Notes under the pieces: generated by a model | Databases searched by the model: none | Told to the model about the DNA's origin: nothing | Seen by the model: the letters and a program-made list of their open reading frames with translations, nothing else | Position numbers and translations under genes: made by a program | DNA from: Candidatus Bilamarchaeaceae archaeon | GTDB taxonomy: Archaea > Micrarchaeota > Micrarchaeia > Anstonellales > Bilamarchaeaceae | Direction of reading: 5' to 3' | Length of the DNA: 64,000 bases | NCBI GenBank assembly: GCA_038851325.1 | Contig: JAWCKZ010000002.1 | Span: 58,902-122,901 of the forward strand | Shown here: one piece after another, positions 49,712 through 60,152 of the stretch | How positions within the stretch are numbered: position 1 is the stretch's first letter | Layout: every line of letters begins with the position of its first letter

Positions 49712-50635
49712 CTACCCGCTTGGACTTTTTATCCGCGCGCAGAGCGCAGATATCCTGTGCCGTTTGCTCAAAGCATTCACAACCTTTTCCCCATCTCCAT
49801 CAAAGAACTCTACGCGTTTTGCACCGCTTTGTTCTGCATACGCAACTAGGTCATAGAAATCAGCATGGTTGCTGAGAGGGAAGGCAGCATCCACATTATA
49901 ATTGCACCTTAACGCCCATCCTGTTGCGACCGCAACGAGCGTTTTTCTCTCAAAAGCGTTCGTGAGTTTTTCCGCAAATCTTCTCTTTGCGAGCCGCATG
50001 GGAACAATTCCGATAAAAGGATGTCTTAGTGCCTCCTCTGCTTCTGTGGTGCCGATAGCTACTCTATCAAGGTTATGACCAAATGAATTGTATACCGACG
50101 AGAAAAAAGCTGTTCTTTCTGTTACTACGGGCGCTATGCCGCAGTACTCATTGAGAACTCGTATTATCTCCTGCGCTTTTCCAAGCTCATACGCACCTAT
50201 AATAATGTTTTTGCTTTCGTTTTTTCTTACCCACTCTGCAATGGTATTGTAAATTTCGAAAGGTTCTCTGAACCTGTATTCTGGTGAGGCGTAGGTGGAT
50301 TCCATTATAAGACGATCGCACTCTACGATTTCAGCGCTCATTCCGAATATGTTTGGCTTAACGGAAAAATCTCCAGTATAGACAGTTTTGCATCCATCCT
50401 CCTCAAGAACGAGTTGCCTCGCTCCGAGAATGTGTCCTGCATTTACAAGTTTTGTTCCATCTACATTGATTCGGAGCGAAGAAGCATTTATCAGCGCAAG
50501 GGTCTCTTCGCTTGCGATGACCTTTTTTTCTTTTTTTATTCCGTTTGTGTGGTCGCTGTGCGCATGCGATATAAACGGAACATCGCCATAGCCATGGTCT
50601 AGTGCTATTGTCAATCCTTTATGTGGGAGGATCAT
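49712..50635 (-). CDS. Metallo-beta-lactamase/beta-CASP-type nuclease
   Basis: ISHAHSDH, NAGHILG, YTGDF, MESTY, LGKAQE, SNHADF. Confidence 0.9.
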   Translation of the reverse strand: MILPHKGLTIALDHGYGDVPFISHAHSDHTNGIKKEKKVIASEETLALINASSLRINVDGTKLVNAGHILGARQLVLEEDGCKTVYTGDFSVKPNIFGMSAEIVECDRLIMESTYASPEYRFREPFEIYNTIAEWVRKNESKNIIIGAYELGKAQEIIRVLNEYCGIAPVVTERTAFFSSVYNSFGHNLDRVAIGTTEAEEALRHPFIGIVPMRLAKRRFAEKLTNAFERKTLVAVATGWALRCNYNVDAAFPLSNHADFYDLVAYAEQSGAKRVEFFDGDGEKVVNALSKRHRISALCARIKSPSG

Positions 50636-50733
50636 GCCTCTTCTTCGAGAAGAAGAATTTTAAACATTCCTGGTCCTTCTTTTTTTTCTTTTTCTGTGAT
50701 ACTTTTTAAGGACTTGCTGAGAGATATCATCCG

Positions 50734-51468
50734 ATGTTAGCGAATTTTTCAAGGTTAAATGGAAGAGAATACATCTGCGACGAGTGCGGGAACCTCTATG
50801 TTAAAGAAGGAGAGATAATAAAGCGACTGTCAATTTTTGACAAACACTTTTATAATCTCCGTGTTTTCTCAGGTGTACCGGTGCTTGAAATAGATGGTTT
50901 GAGGATGCAACCTGTTAAGGATTTTGGAACTCCCCTTGATTACTCAAGGGAACTAATTCGTGCGTTGAAGATAAAAAGATCGTATATCGTTATTGACACT
51001 TGCATGGGCCTTGGTTATACTGCGCTGGAGGCAGCAAGAAAAGCCGCATTAGTCCGCACGTTTGAGGTGAGCAAAGCAGTTATCATGCTGGCCCAAATGA
51101 ACCCTTTTAGTCAGAGGTTATTTGAGTTAAAAACTGTTCGTATAGAGCATGGAGACATAACTGAAAAAATCCTGAATGTGCCTGATGGCAGCATTGATGT
51201 GATAATCCATGACCCACCACGCCTTTCCATCGCGCCCAGCCTTTATTCGCTCTCTTTCTACAGCCAGCTTGCACGCGTTCTTAGGCCTTTTGGAAAGATG
51301 TTTCATTACGTTGGGGCTATGGGTAGGAGAAGGCGCCGCGATGTTTCAAAAGAGGTTATGCTTCGCCTTTCTGCTGCTGGTTTTTCAGTTAGAAAAGCAA
51401 AGCGCCTTCAGGGCCTTTTTGCTTTCAAAAGGGCACCCTACATTAAAGATTTTAAACAATTACCTTGA
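50734..51468 (+). CDS. SAM-dependent methyltransferase (COG2521-like)
   Basis: LEIDGLRM, DTCMGLGYTA, IIHDPPR, LYS..FY. Confidence 0.88.
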   Translation: MLANFSRLNGREYICDECGNLYVKEGEIIKRLSIFDKHFYNLRVFSGVPVLEIDGLRMQPVKDFGTPLDYSRELIRALKIKRSYIVIDTCMGLGYTALEAARKAALVRTFEVSKAVIMLAQMNPFSQRLFELKTVRIEHGDITEKILNVPDGSIDVIIHDPPRLSIAPSLYSLSFYSQLARVLRPFGKMFHYVGAMGRRRRRDVSKEVMLRLSAAGFSVRKAKRLQGLFAFKRAPYIKDFKQLP

Positions 51469-51477
51469 ATATGCTTC

Positions 51478-52392
51478 ATGCAAAGGATCGTTTCGATACT
51501 TATTCTCCTACTCTTTCTATTCAGCTGTGTGCCTGGCTGTGTGTCATTTGATAAGGGCAAGAATAGGACAATTGAGAATGCAAGTTCTATGATAGATAAC
51601 TGCACAGGTTGTTACGTCGAAGAAGGCACATCTGGTGTTCCGCTGACTCTGAATCAATCAAACCAATCAGGTAGTAGCAGCGAGGAAAAAATCGCAACTG
51701 GCATGGAGACCGTAGGTCAGTCAAACGAGAGCGAGAATGGCATGGAGAAAATTGAGAATGTCAGTGAGAGCAGTGCGCAGGAGAAGGCATGCATTGGTTT
51801 GGAAACATACGATATATTTGTCGCGAATAGCGTTGTCTTCAACGGCGAGAACTACTCTGATATATGCGTTACTGCAGGTGTGGTTAAGAAATACTACTGT
51901 AGAAATGATACAGCAAAAGCAGATAATTTGAATTGCCCGTCCGGCTACTGGTGCAAGAATGGCGCGTGTGTGGAATTTCAGAAAAGATGTATTGACCCTG
52001 ATGGAAATGATACTGAAGCAAGCACCACAATCACAGTTATCCCAGCCCCTTTTGCATTCTACACAGAGTCAGACAGTTGTGAGGATGATGCAGTTGTAAG
52101 AGAATGGCTTTGCAACGAGTCCGTGCCTTATTACATGCTGATACGATGTCCGTCCGGAAAAAAATGCAGCGAAGGAAGTTGCGTGAAAAGCCGTTGCAAC
52201 GAGACAGATGGCGGCGATGTACCGGAAATATTTGGCGAGGTAAGAACAAGAAACGAGACCTACCGAGACGAATGTGTTGGTGATAAACAGTTAAAAGAGT
52301 ACTACTGTTATGGTGACGATGCGACCTTGACTTTATATCGGTGCGCAGATAAGTGTAGAGACGACAAATGCACCCCGGAAGAGGGCAGTTAG
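51478..52392 (+). CDS. Cys-rich repeat surface protein (putative lipoprotein)
   Basis: Signal ending PGC; three C.D.DG..D.C...EYYC...CP....C..G.C-type repeats. Confidence 0.8.
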   Translation: MQRIVSILILLLFLFSCVPGCVSFDKGKNRTIENASSMIDNCTGCYVEEGTSGVPLTLNQSNQSGSSSEEKIATGMETVGQSNESENGMEKIENVSESSAQEKACIGLETYDIFVANSVVFNGENYSDICVTAGVVKKYYCRNDTAKADNLNCPSGYWCKNGACVEFQKRCIDPDGNDTEASTTITVIPAPFAFYTESDSCEDDAVVREWLCNESVPYYMLIRCPSGKKCSEGSCVKSRCNETDGGDVPEIFGEVRTRNETYRDECVGDKQLKEYYCYGDDATLTLYRCADKCRDDKCTPEEGS

Positions 52393-53358
52393 ATGTCCAA
52401 TAAACCCAAAAAATACACTGTAAGAATAATAGGTCGTGATGAGAAAGAGCGATTGATGACAAGATACCATAAAAAAGGTCTCTACGAGTTGAAGGCAGAG
52501 ATATACGGTACATGTATCAAATTTTTTACAGATAGCACGCTTCTGAAGAAGATGTGGGAAGATAATTTTGAGAAAATGCCTGAAGGGATAAGACCGCATG
52601 CACGTTTGTTTGCCGTAAAGGATGGAAAGAGACTTCGGGTCCTATACGAACCTATATCTAAGACAGTTATAGTAAAGAATTGCGATTATTATGGTTGGAT
52701 AAAAAGTATAGCGCTGGCGCTCGTCGCAGATTTCATGGAGGATTTTACTTCAGAACACCGCCGCTATTCCATTCACGGTTCATTTGTGGACAAAGATGGG
52801 CGTGGACTTGCCATAGTTGGAACGCCGGGCTCTGGAAAAACAACCTTGACCTACGGTCTTCTTTTAGATAAAAGTTTCAATTTTCTTACGGACGATTGGT
52901 TTTTTGTAAGGCTTACTGACAAGAAGGTGGCAGTTTTTTCTTCTGAGAAGAATTCTTACGTTAGGCGCGACCTGGCCAAAAACTGGCCCCAATTGAATAG
53001 TAGATTAAGAGCACTCCACTTAGATAGCAATGAAAGGGCTATTGTGGATGTAAGAAAACTGTTTGGCAACCAGAGGATAAAGAAGGAATCAACCCTAAGA
53101 TTGTTAGTTATTCTAACAAGGGAGAACGGAAAACCGCTCCTTCGGAGACTGACCAGAAAAGAAGCGCTGAATTTCATGATAAATAACGATTTTTGCAATC
53201 CGCATCAACTTATAAGAACCAAGGCACGGATGGCGCAGAGAAAGAAGTTCTTTGATGAACTCTTTTCACGAGTACCTGTTTATTTGCTCAATACAATTGA
53301 AACACCAGAAGAGTCACTCGAAAGAGTTAAGCGGTTGGCTGATAGATATCTTTGTTAG
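52393..53358 (+). CDS. HPr-kinase/PEPCK-like P-loop kinase
   Basis: SIHGSFV, GTPGSGKTT, LTDDW. Confidence 0.8.
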   Translation: MSNKPKKYTVRIIGRDEKERLMTRYHKKGLYELKAEIYGTCIKFFTDSTLLKKMWEDNFEKMPEGIRPHARLFAVKDGKRLRVLYEPISKTVIVKNCDYYGWIKSIALALVADFMEDFTSEHRRYSIHGSFVDKDGRGLAIVGTPGSGKTTLTYGLLLDKSFNFLTDDWFFVRLTDKKVAVFSSEKNSYVRRDLAKNWPQLNSRLRALHLDSNERAIVDVRKLFGNQRIKKESTLRLLVILTRENGKPLLRRLTRKEALNFMINNDFCNPHQLIRTKARMAQRKKFFDELFSRVPVYLLNTIETPEESLERVKRLADRYLC

Positions 53359-53372
53359 AACCACACTTCTTG

Positions 53373-56300
53373 CTAGCCTTTGTCCCTCTCGTTTTTCTCA
53401 AGAATCTTTATCTGCGGCTTTTTCTTCTTTTGCTGCGTCATGTATATTACTACAAGTGCTGCCAGTAGAATAGAGGCAATTATGAGATATAGCGCCATAT
53501 TCCCTTTCCCTTTTATACTATTTATGTAATCTATAAGTTTTGTTCCTTCGCTTATCGCCTTTACATAGTTTCCAGCGGCAGCAAGAGACTCAACATTTCT
53601 TTTCTTGCTTTCTATTTCAGATATCTGTTCTCCAGATAGTTCAGGTCTCCTTGCTGAAAGGTGCTCATCAATCTCATCCAATTTTCTGTAGGCATTTGTA
53701 GACAATAGCCTTAATGTTTCTTCCATCTTTTTAACTGCGGTTGGTATCTCCTTCTCAATCTTATTCTTTGCACTCCTCATGTCCCCTTTTTCCAGCAATC
53801 GTTCAGTTTCCGAGAGAAGGTTCCTGACTGAGTTTGGCTGTATTGGAAAGAGACTCTCCATACCTAGACCTTTTGCATCCTTGTGCTCTCTTTCATATTT
53901 TTGCAGGACCTTCTCAACACTCTCTCTTACTTCTTCTAGTTGTGCTCGCATTTCCTGAAGTTCTGCCTGTCTTTGGGAAATGAGAGAATCCTTCATTTTA
54001 TTTAAGTTATCAAGGTCGGCGAGCACAGTAATCATATCTGTTGCCTTTTCAGTTGCGAGCAATACGTTTATGTCATCCTCAAGCTGTTTTAATGCCGATG
54101 ATGCATTTTCATTGTCGTATTCTGCAAATTCTTTCTTAAGTGATTCAAACTCCTTTTTCGCTTGCCTGCTTACAGCGCTCACCTCTCCCTTTAACCAATT
54201 TAAATCGATCTTTTTCAATTCGTCAATTGCGAACCGTATCTCATTCTTCGTTGCGTTCTCTGATATAGATAGCCGTGATAACTCGCTTTCAAGAGCCTCC
54301 TTTCTTATCTGGAGTTTTCTCACTTCGGTATGATTTGCTATTCCTAGCTGATTCGCTTTTGCTATGGACTCATTCAGATCTTTTAATTCGTTGGTCAATC
54401 TTCTCATGAGGTCGTGATATTCCTTTATAAGCGATGATTTTTCCTTCTCCAACTCAGCACATTTCTTTTTTAAATCTTCGAGCCTTTTTATTGCCTCTTC
54501 GTATCTCCCTTCGTTTAGCAATCTCTGTGTCTCTTGAGCAAGCTGGCGTATCTCAGGTTCTTCTGAATTAGCATATTTTCTTAGTTCTTCTTCTATGTAC
54601 TTTGGCGGGTCTGTTATGGTGTAACTTATGTGTACTGTAGCCTCCTCCCCATTTTGAACATCATAGAGCGTTATGGTATGCGTTCCGAGGACGTTTTCCC
54701 GTGTGCATCTGTGCCTTCCGCATGATATCTGAACATTCGAGACATACCTTTCCTCTCCTATATCTGCAAACACTGGAACCTCATTCAGCTCTATGTTTGC
54801 CTTTACTTTTATGAAATAACTTACAGTGGCACTTGCACTTGATGCCGTTACGCTTGCGTCACTCTTTGTTTCTGTGTATGCATTCGGCACAGTACGTTGG
54901 TTCGTGAGCGTGTGGACGCCCTCTGAGAGCGGTCTTGAGGGCTCAAGGCCATCTATCAAGATGTTTGTTGCCCCCTCCGGAAGCGCAATCCTCGCGCCAT
55001 CCACATCAAGTTTGAACACTACCTTTTCATTGATTCTTGCACTTCCGTCCCCGAGTCCGACTGCCTTTATCTCTTTACTTCTTGTTGTTGCGAGGAGAAC
55101 GCTCTTCTCAAATGAGATCACTTTTCTCTCAAACGGCGCTATAGATGTAAAGAGTATCTTCATCGTTTTTCCTTGTGTGCTTACACTAAGTATATCGGAA
55201 GTGTTAGAAACAATATTTGAATACATGAAATTAAAACTCCCCTCAAGAGGAACAGTTACCTCGATCTCTTCCCCACCATAGCTCTTTGGATTTATGATGG
55301 TAACGACGTATGTTACCTCCGTTGGAGCGTCTATGGCAACTGGCCCCATCAAAAACGACGTTTCCACAATAAGCTGATTTGCAAGAGCAGCATTTCTTTT
55401 TTCTTCGTCAGCCTCCAGGGCTTCTTCTATATCTCTATATTTTTCAGCGAGTGATTTAACGCCACAGACCGCCAGATAGTTTATACGACCGCTTATTACA
55501 ATGCCGCTCTCAGCACCTCTCATTTCATCCAGAAGTTCATCCGCATTTGCAGCAGTGAGTCTCTCATTAAGCTCCGTTCTTTTTTCTTCTACTGAGGCAT
55601 ATCTCAGTCGAACTGCACTCTCAATCTCTCTTTTTATCTCATTCAGCCTTTGGACAGCAGTGGGAGGCTTATTACTTTCTATGTATCCGATTTCTGCCCG
55701 CCAACCTGCACCGCTTATCCCAGCACATCTCTCTGCATCACTGATGAGCTGTTTGAGCTCAGCAAGCAGCGTGTTGTACAACATTTCCTCCTCAGCACTT
55801 TTTCCAGAGACGCTTTTTGCGATCTCTGTTGCTTGGATGTACAACTGATACTTTGCACCCAATGTTGAGGCCCTACTTGCTTCGTCGTATTTCCTCCTTG
55901 CTTCATCTAAGATTGATTTTGCCTCGTTGCCAAGATTTTCTTTTGCTATCTTATTCTCAGCAGCCTTTATCGCTTCCTCAGCCTCGCCCCTTCTAACTTC
56001 CACTACCTTTTCAGCGTCTGCGATGATGGTGTCAGCGTTACCTATGGAAGAATAATCATCAACCGCTCTCTGCATCTCAGTGGTAGCCGTCAGGAAATAG
56101 TTATCTCCTTTGCGAGCGTAAGCACTCTCAGCGCTCTCATAGTGCCCCTCAGCGCTCTCTGTAGTTTTCTCGTATTCCTCGGCCCTCTCTGCAATTGTCC
56201 CCTCTGCGATATCGCTTCTCATCGCGCTTCCAGAGATCGGAACTGCCTCGGTTATTTTTTCTAGCTCTTCTTCTTCAATCTTGTACAATCCCTCTTCTGC

Positions 56301-57281
56301 TTCTGATTTTTTTCTGCTTGCGTTCTCCCTAAGTTCATCGTATGTCCTTATTGCTTCCTCCTTGCTTTCATTTCCCATCTCTGCCAATTCTGTGAATATC
56401 TTAACAACACCATCGTTTTTCTCATCTCCCCATATAAGAATCATAGTGCTATAGTATAGCGTAGAATTTGGTCCGCTCTCCAATTCAGTACTGAGATTTC
56501 GCATATTTCTTCGCACGAGATTTATCTTTCCATAAGTAGTCTCTTCGGCTCCGCTATCAACGAATGTAAATGCCCTTTCCATCTCTCTGCATTTTTCACC
56601 AGCAGTCCAGATATAGCCTCGCTCGCAAAGCCCAGTGCGTTTTAAGTCTTGGTACACCATTCGTGCATATAAGACTGTTTCCGTGGCGTTTTGTGCACTA
56701 AGCTCCAAGGCATCCAGCGCAGCATTCATCGTGTCTTTCCAATTGTTATTGTAATCCTTGACTGAACTTTCAAGCTCACCATAACCAAACAAATCCAAAA
56801 ACATACCACCAGCGCATCCTGCGACACCAAAGACAATCGCGCCAGCTGCCGTACCAACTCCGGGAACAATGCTTCCAACTACAGCACCAGCTCCTCCTCC
56901 AGCCAATGCCCCAGCAATGCATCTTCCAATGACCGAATCGGCTTCAGCTGCTCTGCGAAAACTTGAGAGCCTCTCGGTTACGACATCGTATTTTTCGTCT
57001 GCATTTCTTTTGTTTCGTAGTGCCTCAGTGAGTTTGGAGTTTACCGCGTTGTTGTTCGTTCTTATTTTGCTTAGGTTCAGCGCCTCAAGTGTATAATGAT
57101 AATCTGAATAACAAGGCGTTTTCCCATCAACCAGACAGGCGTGCTTTCTCTCCCAACCATAATCTTGCCATGGCCTATCTATTCTGTTTTCAGAATTAAC
57201 AGCAGAATTAATAGCACCAACAAATCCGCAATAAAAAAGTAAAATTAACAATAAACTGGCAAAAATTTTGTTTATTTTCAC
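53373..57281 (-). CDS. Giant surface protein with glycine zipper, coiled coils, beta-rich middle and C-terminal TM anchor
   Basis: Signal peptide; AGALAGGGAGAVVGSIVPGVGTAAGAIVFGVAG; C-terminal TM followed by KKKK. Confidence 0.8.
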   Translation of the reverse strand: MKINKIFASLLLILLFYCGFVGAINSAVNSENRIDRPWQDYGWERKHACLVDGKTPCYSDYHYTLEALNLSKIRTNNNAVNSKLTEALRNKRNADEKYDVVTERLSSFRRAAEADSVIGRCIAGALAGGGAGAVVGSIVPGVGTAAGAIVFGVAGCAGGMFLDLFGYGELESSVKDYNNNWKDTMNAALDALELSAQNATETVLYARMVYQDLKRTGLCERGYIWTAGEKCREMERAFTFVDSGAEETTYGKINLVRRNMRNLSTELESGPNSTLYYSTMILIWGDEKNDGVVKIFTELAEMGNESKEEAIRTYDELRENASRKKSEAEEGLYKIEEEELEKITEAVPISGSAMRSDIAEGTIAERAEEYEKTTESAEGHYESAESAYARKGDNYFLTATTEMQRAVDDYSSIGNADTIIADAEKVVEVRRGEAEEAIKAAENKIAKENLGNEAKSILDEARRKYDEASRASTLGAKYQLYIQATEIAKSVSGKSAEEEMLYNTLLAELKQLISDAERCAGISGAGWRAEIGYIESNKPPTAVQRLNEIKREIESAVRLRYASVEEKRTELNERLTAANADELLDEMRGAESGIVISGRINYLAVCGVKSLAEKYRDIEEALEADEEKRNAALANQLIVETSFLMGPVAIDAPTEVTYVVTIINPKSYGGEEIEVTVPLEGSFNFMYSNIVSNTSDILSVSTQGKTMKILFTSIAPFERKVISFEKSVLLATTRSKEIKAVGLGDGSARINEKVVFKLDVDGARIALPEGATNILIDGLEPSRPLSEGVHTLTNQRTVPNAYTETKSDASVTASSASATVSYFIKVKANIELNEVPVFADIGEERYVSNVQISCGRHRCTRENVLGTHTITLYDVQNGEEATVHISYTITDPPKYIEEELRKYANSEEPEIRQLAQETQRLLNEGRYEEAIKRLEDLKKKCAELEKEKSSLIKEYHDLMRRLTNELKDLNESIAKANQLGIANHTEVRKLQIRKEALESELSRLSISENATKNEIRFAIDELKKIDLNWLKGEVSAVSRQAKKEFESLKKEFAEYDNENASSALKQLEDDINVLLATEKATDMITVLADLDNLNKMKDSLISQRQAELQEMRAQLEEVRESVEKVLQKYEREHKDAKGLGMESLFPIQPNSVRNLLSETERLLEKGDMRSAKNKIEKEIPTAVKKMEETLRLLSTNAYRKLDEIDEHLSARRPELSGEQISEIESKKRNVESLAAAGNYVKAISEGTKLIDYINSIKGKGNMALYLIIASILLAALVVIYMTQQKKKKPQIKILEKNERDKG

Positions 57282-57359
57282 ACTCTCAACCCTATTTATT
57301 GTTATGTGTAAAAAACTTTAAAAATATACGCACAAAAATCTGGGTGGCGTCTGTTGGCG

Positions 57360-60068
57360 CTATTCTTGACCACTAGTATGCGCCTGCGTCCATTCCAGAT
57401 AGGACTCTGCGTTATATGGATTGTCTGTTGGGAACTGCGGTTGAACGCCATACTCGCTAAGCTTTTTCCATGATGGGCAGTAAGAGTTTTCACAATTTCT
57501 ATTCAGCCAGGCGTAATAGCCCATCTTCTTAAATATCCCATACCTGTTATCATACTCTTTGCCTATCCTGCAATCAATAAACTCTAAGAAATCGTTTGCC
57601 TTGTTGTAGCAAAGGCTGCTTTTCGGTTTACATTTGCCACTCGCATCTTCTTCGCATCCTTCTGGGCATACCCCATTTTCATCAGGTTCGCATACAAGAG
57701 TCTTTGCTTTGCAGTATTCATCTACCCAACATTCAGAGGGAGAGGTGCCAGAGGGACACATATCAGGGGTATCTGTTTTGTCTTCCCATACGCCGGAATA
57801 CTCATAGAGCGCAACAAAACCAATAAGAATATCTTTTTTTTGCTGGTTTCCTTCTATGCCAAACAAATCTTTCACCTTTTCACAATCATCGTTATGCTCT
57901 TCCACCCATCTTTTTGCCCTTTTCATATCGTCTGAAAGATGAAGCGCACCCGCGCATATAGAATGGCTTGAGTTAAATGGATTATACTCTTCTGAGCAGT
58001 AGATCTTCACTGAGGTTGGGTCTATTTTGTATCCTTCTTCATATATATCTTCATGCGGTCCGTCTGTACCATCTTCTCTGTACTCTGCTGGCCAATAGGT
58101 ATACGGGGGTACCATTACCTGCATAAGCCCCATCCCACGGAAGGTATATCGAGGCGGTGTCGCTTCCGAGTTCTCAAAATAGCAGCCAGCGGTGCCTCCG
58201 CTTTCTTCATAGCGCGGGTCGTACATTTCAGGGTAGCCGAGCCTGTATGCTCTAGCGCTGCCAGGGATACACCATTTTGTTTTAGTGTTTCGTCCTTTTT
58301 CTTCCACCTCTTCTTCACGATCACCTTGATATACCTCAACATCCGTGATCTCTTTTGGAATGTCTACGCTTACCTCGAATTTACTCCTAGTTCCTGGTTT
58401 ACATATGGCTGCAATTGCGCAGGAGTCAAAAGAGCTTTCACCGAGTGCAACAGCACGAAGGAGCATTGGATCAAGGTTAAACCTTGAAGCATAATATTCA
58501 AATTCAGGATAACCGGTGCATGCATAATCTGGAAGGCTACCGGGCATATGTTTTTTTAATACTGGGTAAACCACAGTTATATCCTCTGCTTCAGAAAGAC
58601 AGGCATCGCATCTCCAAGGAGACTCTATTTCTGTTTGATACGTTGGCATTACTGGGTTGAGGAGATCTGTGTAACCGCCTTCTCTGGAGGTCAACAGGCT
58701 ATAAAGCGCATCTGTTGAGGACTCTCCGACGTCGCATATTCCTCCTGGTACATTTGAAAAATGTATTGGTGGAATTGCTGTTCCGATCTTTTCGACATTG
58801 GTACCCTCTCCCTTTTCAAATCCAACATAATTTTGGCAATTCCCAAACCACGCTACCTTTCGCTCATATTTCGTTGTCACGCCACAATCTGTGCAGTGAA
58901 GCGGGTTGTTCCATGACCCGCCTTCTGTAGTATAAAGCGCTGCGCCTATAACCCCAACTCTACTCAACGCTTTTATTCCATATATAAAGAATGAGTTGTA
59001 AGCATCTGTGACAGCATTTTCGCTCCATGTGCATTTATTGTTAAGGTCGCTCCCTCCGGAGTCTATTAAGATGTATGGTATTATAGACGGTAGACCGTAT
59101 CGGTAGAGCGCATAGCTCGAGAACTGTCTTCCATCTTCTATTAATCTGTTGCCGTTGCAGTCATACTTGTTCGTTCCATTTATATAATGCGAGTTTAGGC
59201 CATAGGCAACCAAATGGATATACCGCTTATATGCTCCTTCTCCATATCTTGCATCTATACTATTTATGACGGCATCGAGGGCAGCTTTGTCTCCGATCCT
59301 AGGCGCAACAGCAACCATGCAATATATCTTTGGTTCGTTTGGATTCCTGAAATCGTTGCAGTTTTCGTTTATCGCTATAACCTGACCAGCAACGTTCTCG
59401 ACAGCCTCTGGATCGCTGCTGTTGAACTCTAGTTCGGTAACTATTACTACTGGTCCGACTGGTCCTTCCACACTACCTTGTGTTATTATGGGAAGACCTT
59501 CTTTTCCAAGTATTCTCGCAATCTCTCCAGCACGGTCGACGTCTATGTTTTTTCCTTCGCTGTAAAGAACATAGACTGGTAGGGTTTCCTTATCGAGCAT
59601 GCAGATCGCGCGGCTAGCATCGGGCAAATCGTATGGTCTATACTCGTTTGCCGTGAGCCAATGGACAGCCATACGCAATCTGGCATTACATAATCCGTTT
59701 GCTGTTCCAAAGTCCGCGAAACTTGGTCCTTGGCCTATCATTATTGGTCGCCAGACATACTCCTGACCTAGCTGAGAGCTTGTATTTCTGTATTCAGTTA
59801 ACTTTGTTTCGTTACAGGCAGTATCGAATATGCATCTTCCACCAACAATGGAAGAGAAAAAGAATCTATAAAATGCCGGACCTCTCTCGCACACCATGCA
59901 CGTGCAGTTTCCTAATGTGCACTCCCCTTCTGGAGAGAGAGCTGGTGTCCGGGACATTCGTATTAAATATTCATCGGCATAATTATTGCCGCCAAGCGTT
60001 TTTATACATCCAAGGGTAATGAGAGCGCATATAAGAAGCGCTATCATGGTCGGTCTAGTTTTGTTCAT
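57360..60068 (-). CDS. Large Cys-rich putative lipoprotein with SLT (lytic transglycosylase/lysozyme-like) domain
   Basis: LGC lipobox-like signal; NLDPMLLRAVALGESSFD, GMGLMQV, NPFNSSHSICAGALHL. Confidence 0.82.
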   Translation of the reverse strand: MNKTRPTMIALLICALITLGCIKTLGGNNYADEYLIRMSRTPALSPEGECTLGNCTCMVCERGPAFYRFFFSSIVGGRCIFDTACNETKLTEYRNTSSQLGQEYVWRPIMIGQGPSFADFGTANGLCNARLRMAVHWLTANEYRPYDLPDASRAICMLDKETLPVYVLYSEGKNIDVDRAGEIARILGKEGLPIITQGSVEGPVGPVVIVTELEFNSSDPEAVENVAGQVIAINENCNDFRNPNEPKIYCMVAVAPRIGDKAALDAVINSIDARYGEGAYKRYIHLVAYGLNSHYINGTNKYDCNGNRLIEDGRQFSSYALYRYGLPSIIPYILIDSGGSDLNNKCTWSENAVTDAYNSFFIYGIKALSRVGVIGAALYTTEGGSWNNPLHCTDCGVTTKYERKVAWFGNCQNYVGFEKGEGTNVEKIGTAIPPIHFSNVPGGICDVGESSTDALYSLLTSREGGYTDLLNPVMPTYQTEIESPWRCDACLSEAEDITVVYPVLKKHMPGSLPDYACTGYPEFEYYASRFNLDPMLLRAVALGESSFDSCAIAAICKPGTRSKFEVSVDIPKEITDVEVYQGDREEEVEEKGRNTKTKWCIPGSARAYRLGYPEMYDPRYEESGGTAGCYFENSEATPPRYTFRGMGLMQVMVPPYTYWPAEYREDGTDGPHEDIYEEGYKIDPTSVKIYCSEEYNPFNSSHSICAGALHLSDDMKRAKRWVEEHNDDCEKVKDLFGIEGNQQKKDILIGFVALYEYSGVWEDKTDTPDMCPSGTSPSECWVDEYCKAKTLVCEPDENGVCPEGCEEDASGKCKPKSSLCYNKANDFLEFIDCRIGKEYDNRYGIFKKMGYYAWLNRNCENSYCPSWKKLSEYGVQPQFPTDNPYNAESYLEWTQAHTSGQE

Positions 60069-60152
60069 AAAACTACCCTATGTATAATCATCAATTTATG
60101 CAATGGATCAGATAAGGGAAGAAAAAAAATAAAAAAGAGATGTACACTCAAA

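Noticed and set aside
60066..60100. Minus-strand TTGATGA...ATGA as a C/D sRNA
   Set aside because: No convincing C'/D pair or recognisable rRNA guide; overlaps a start codon.
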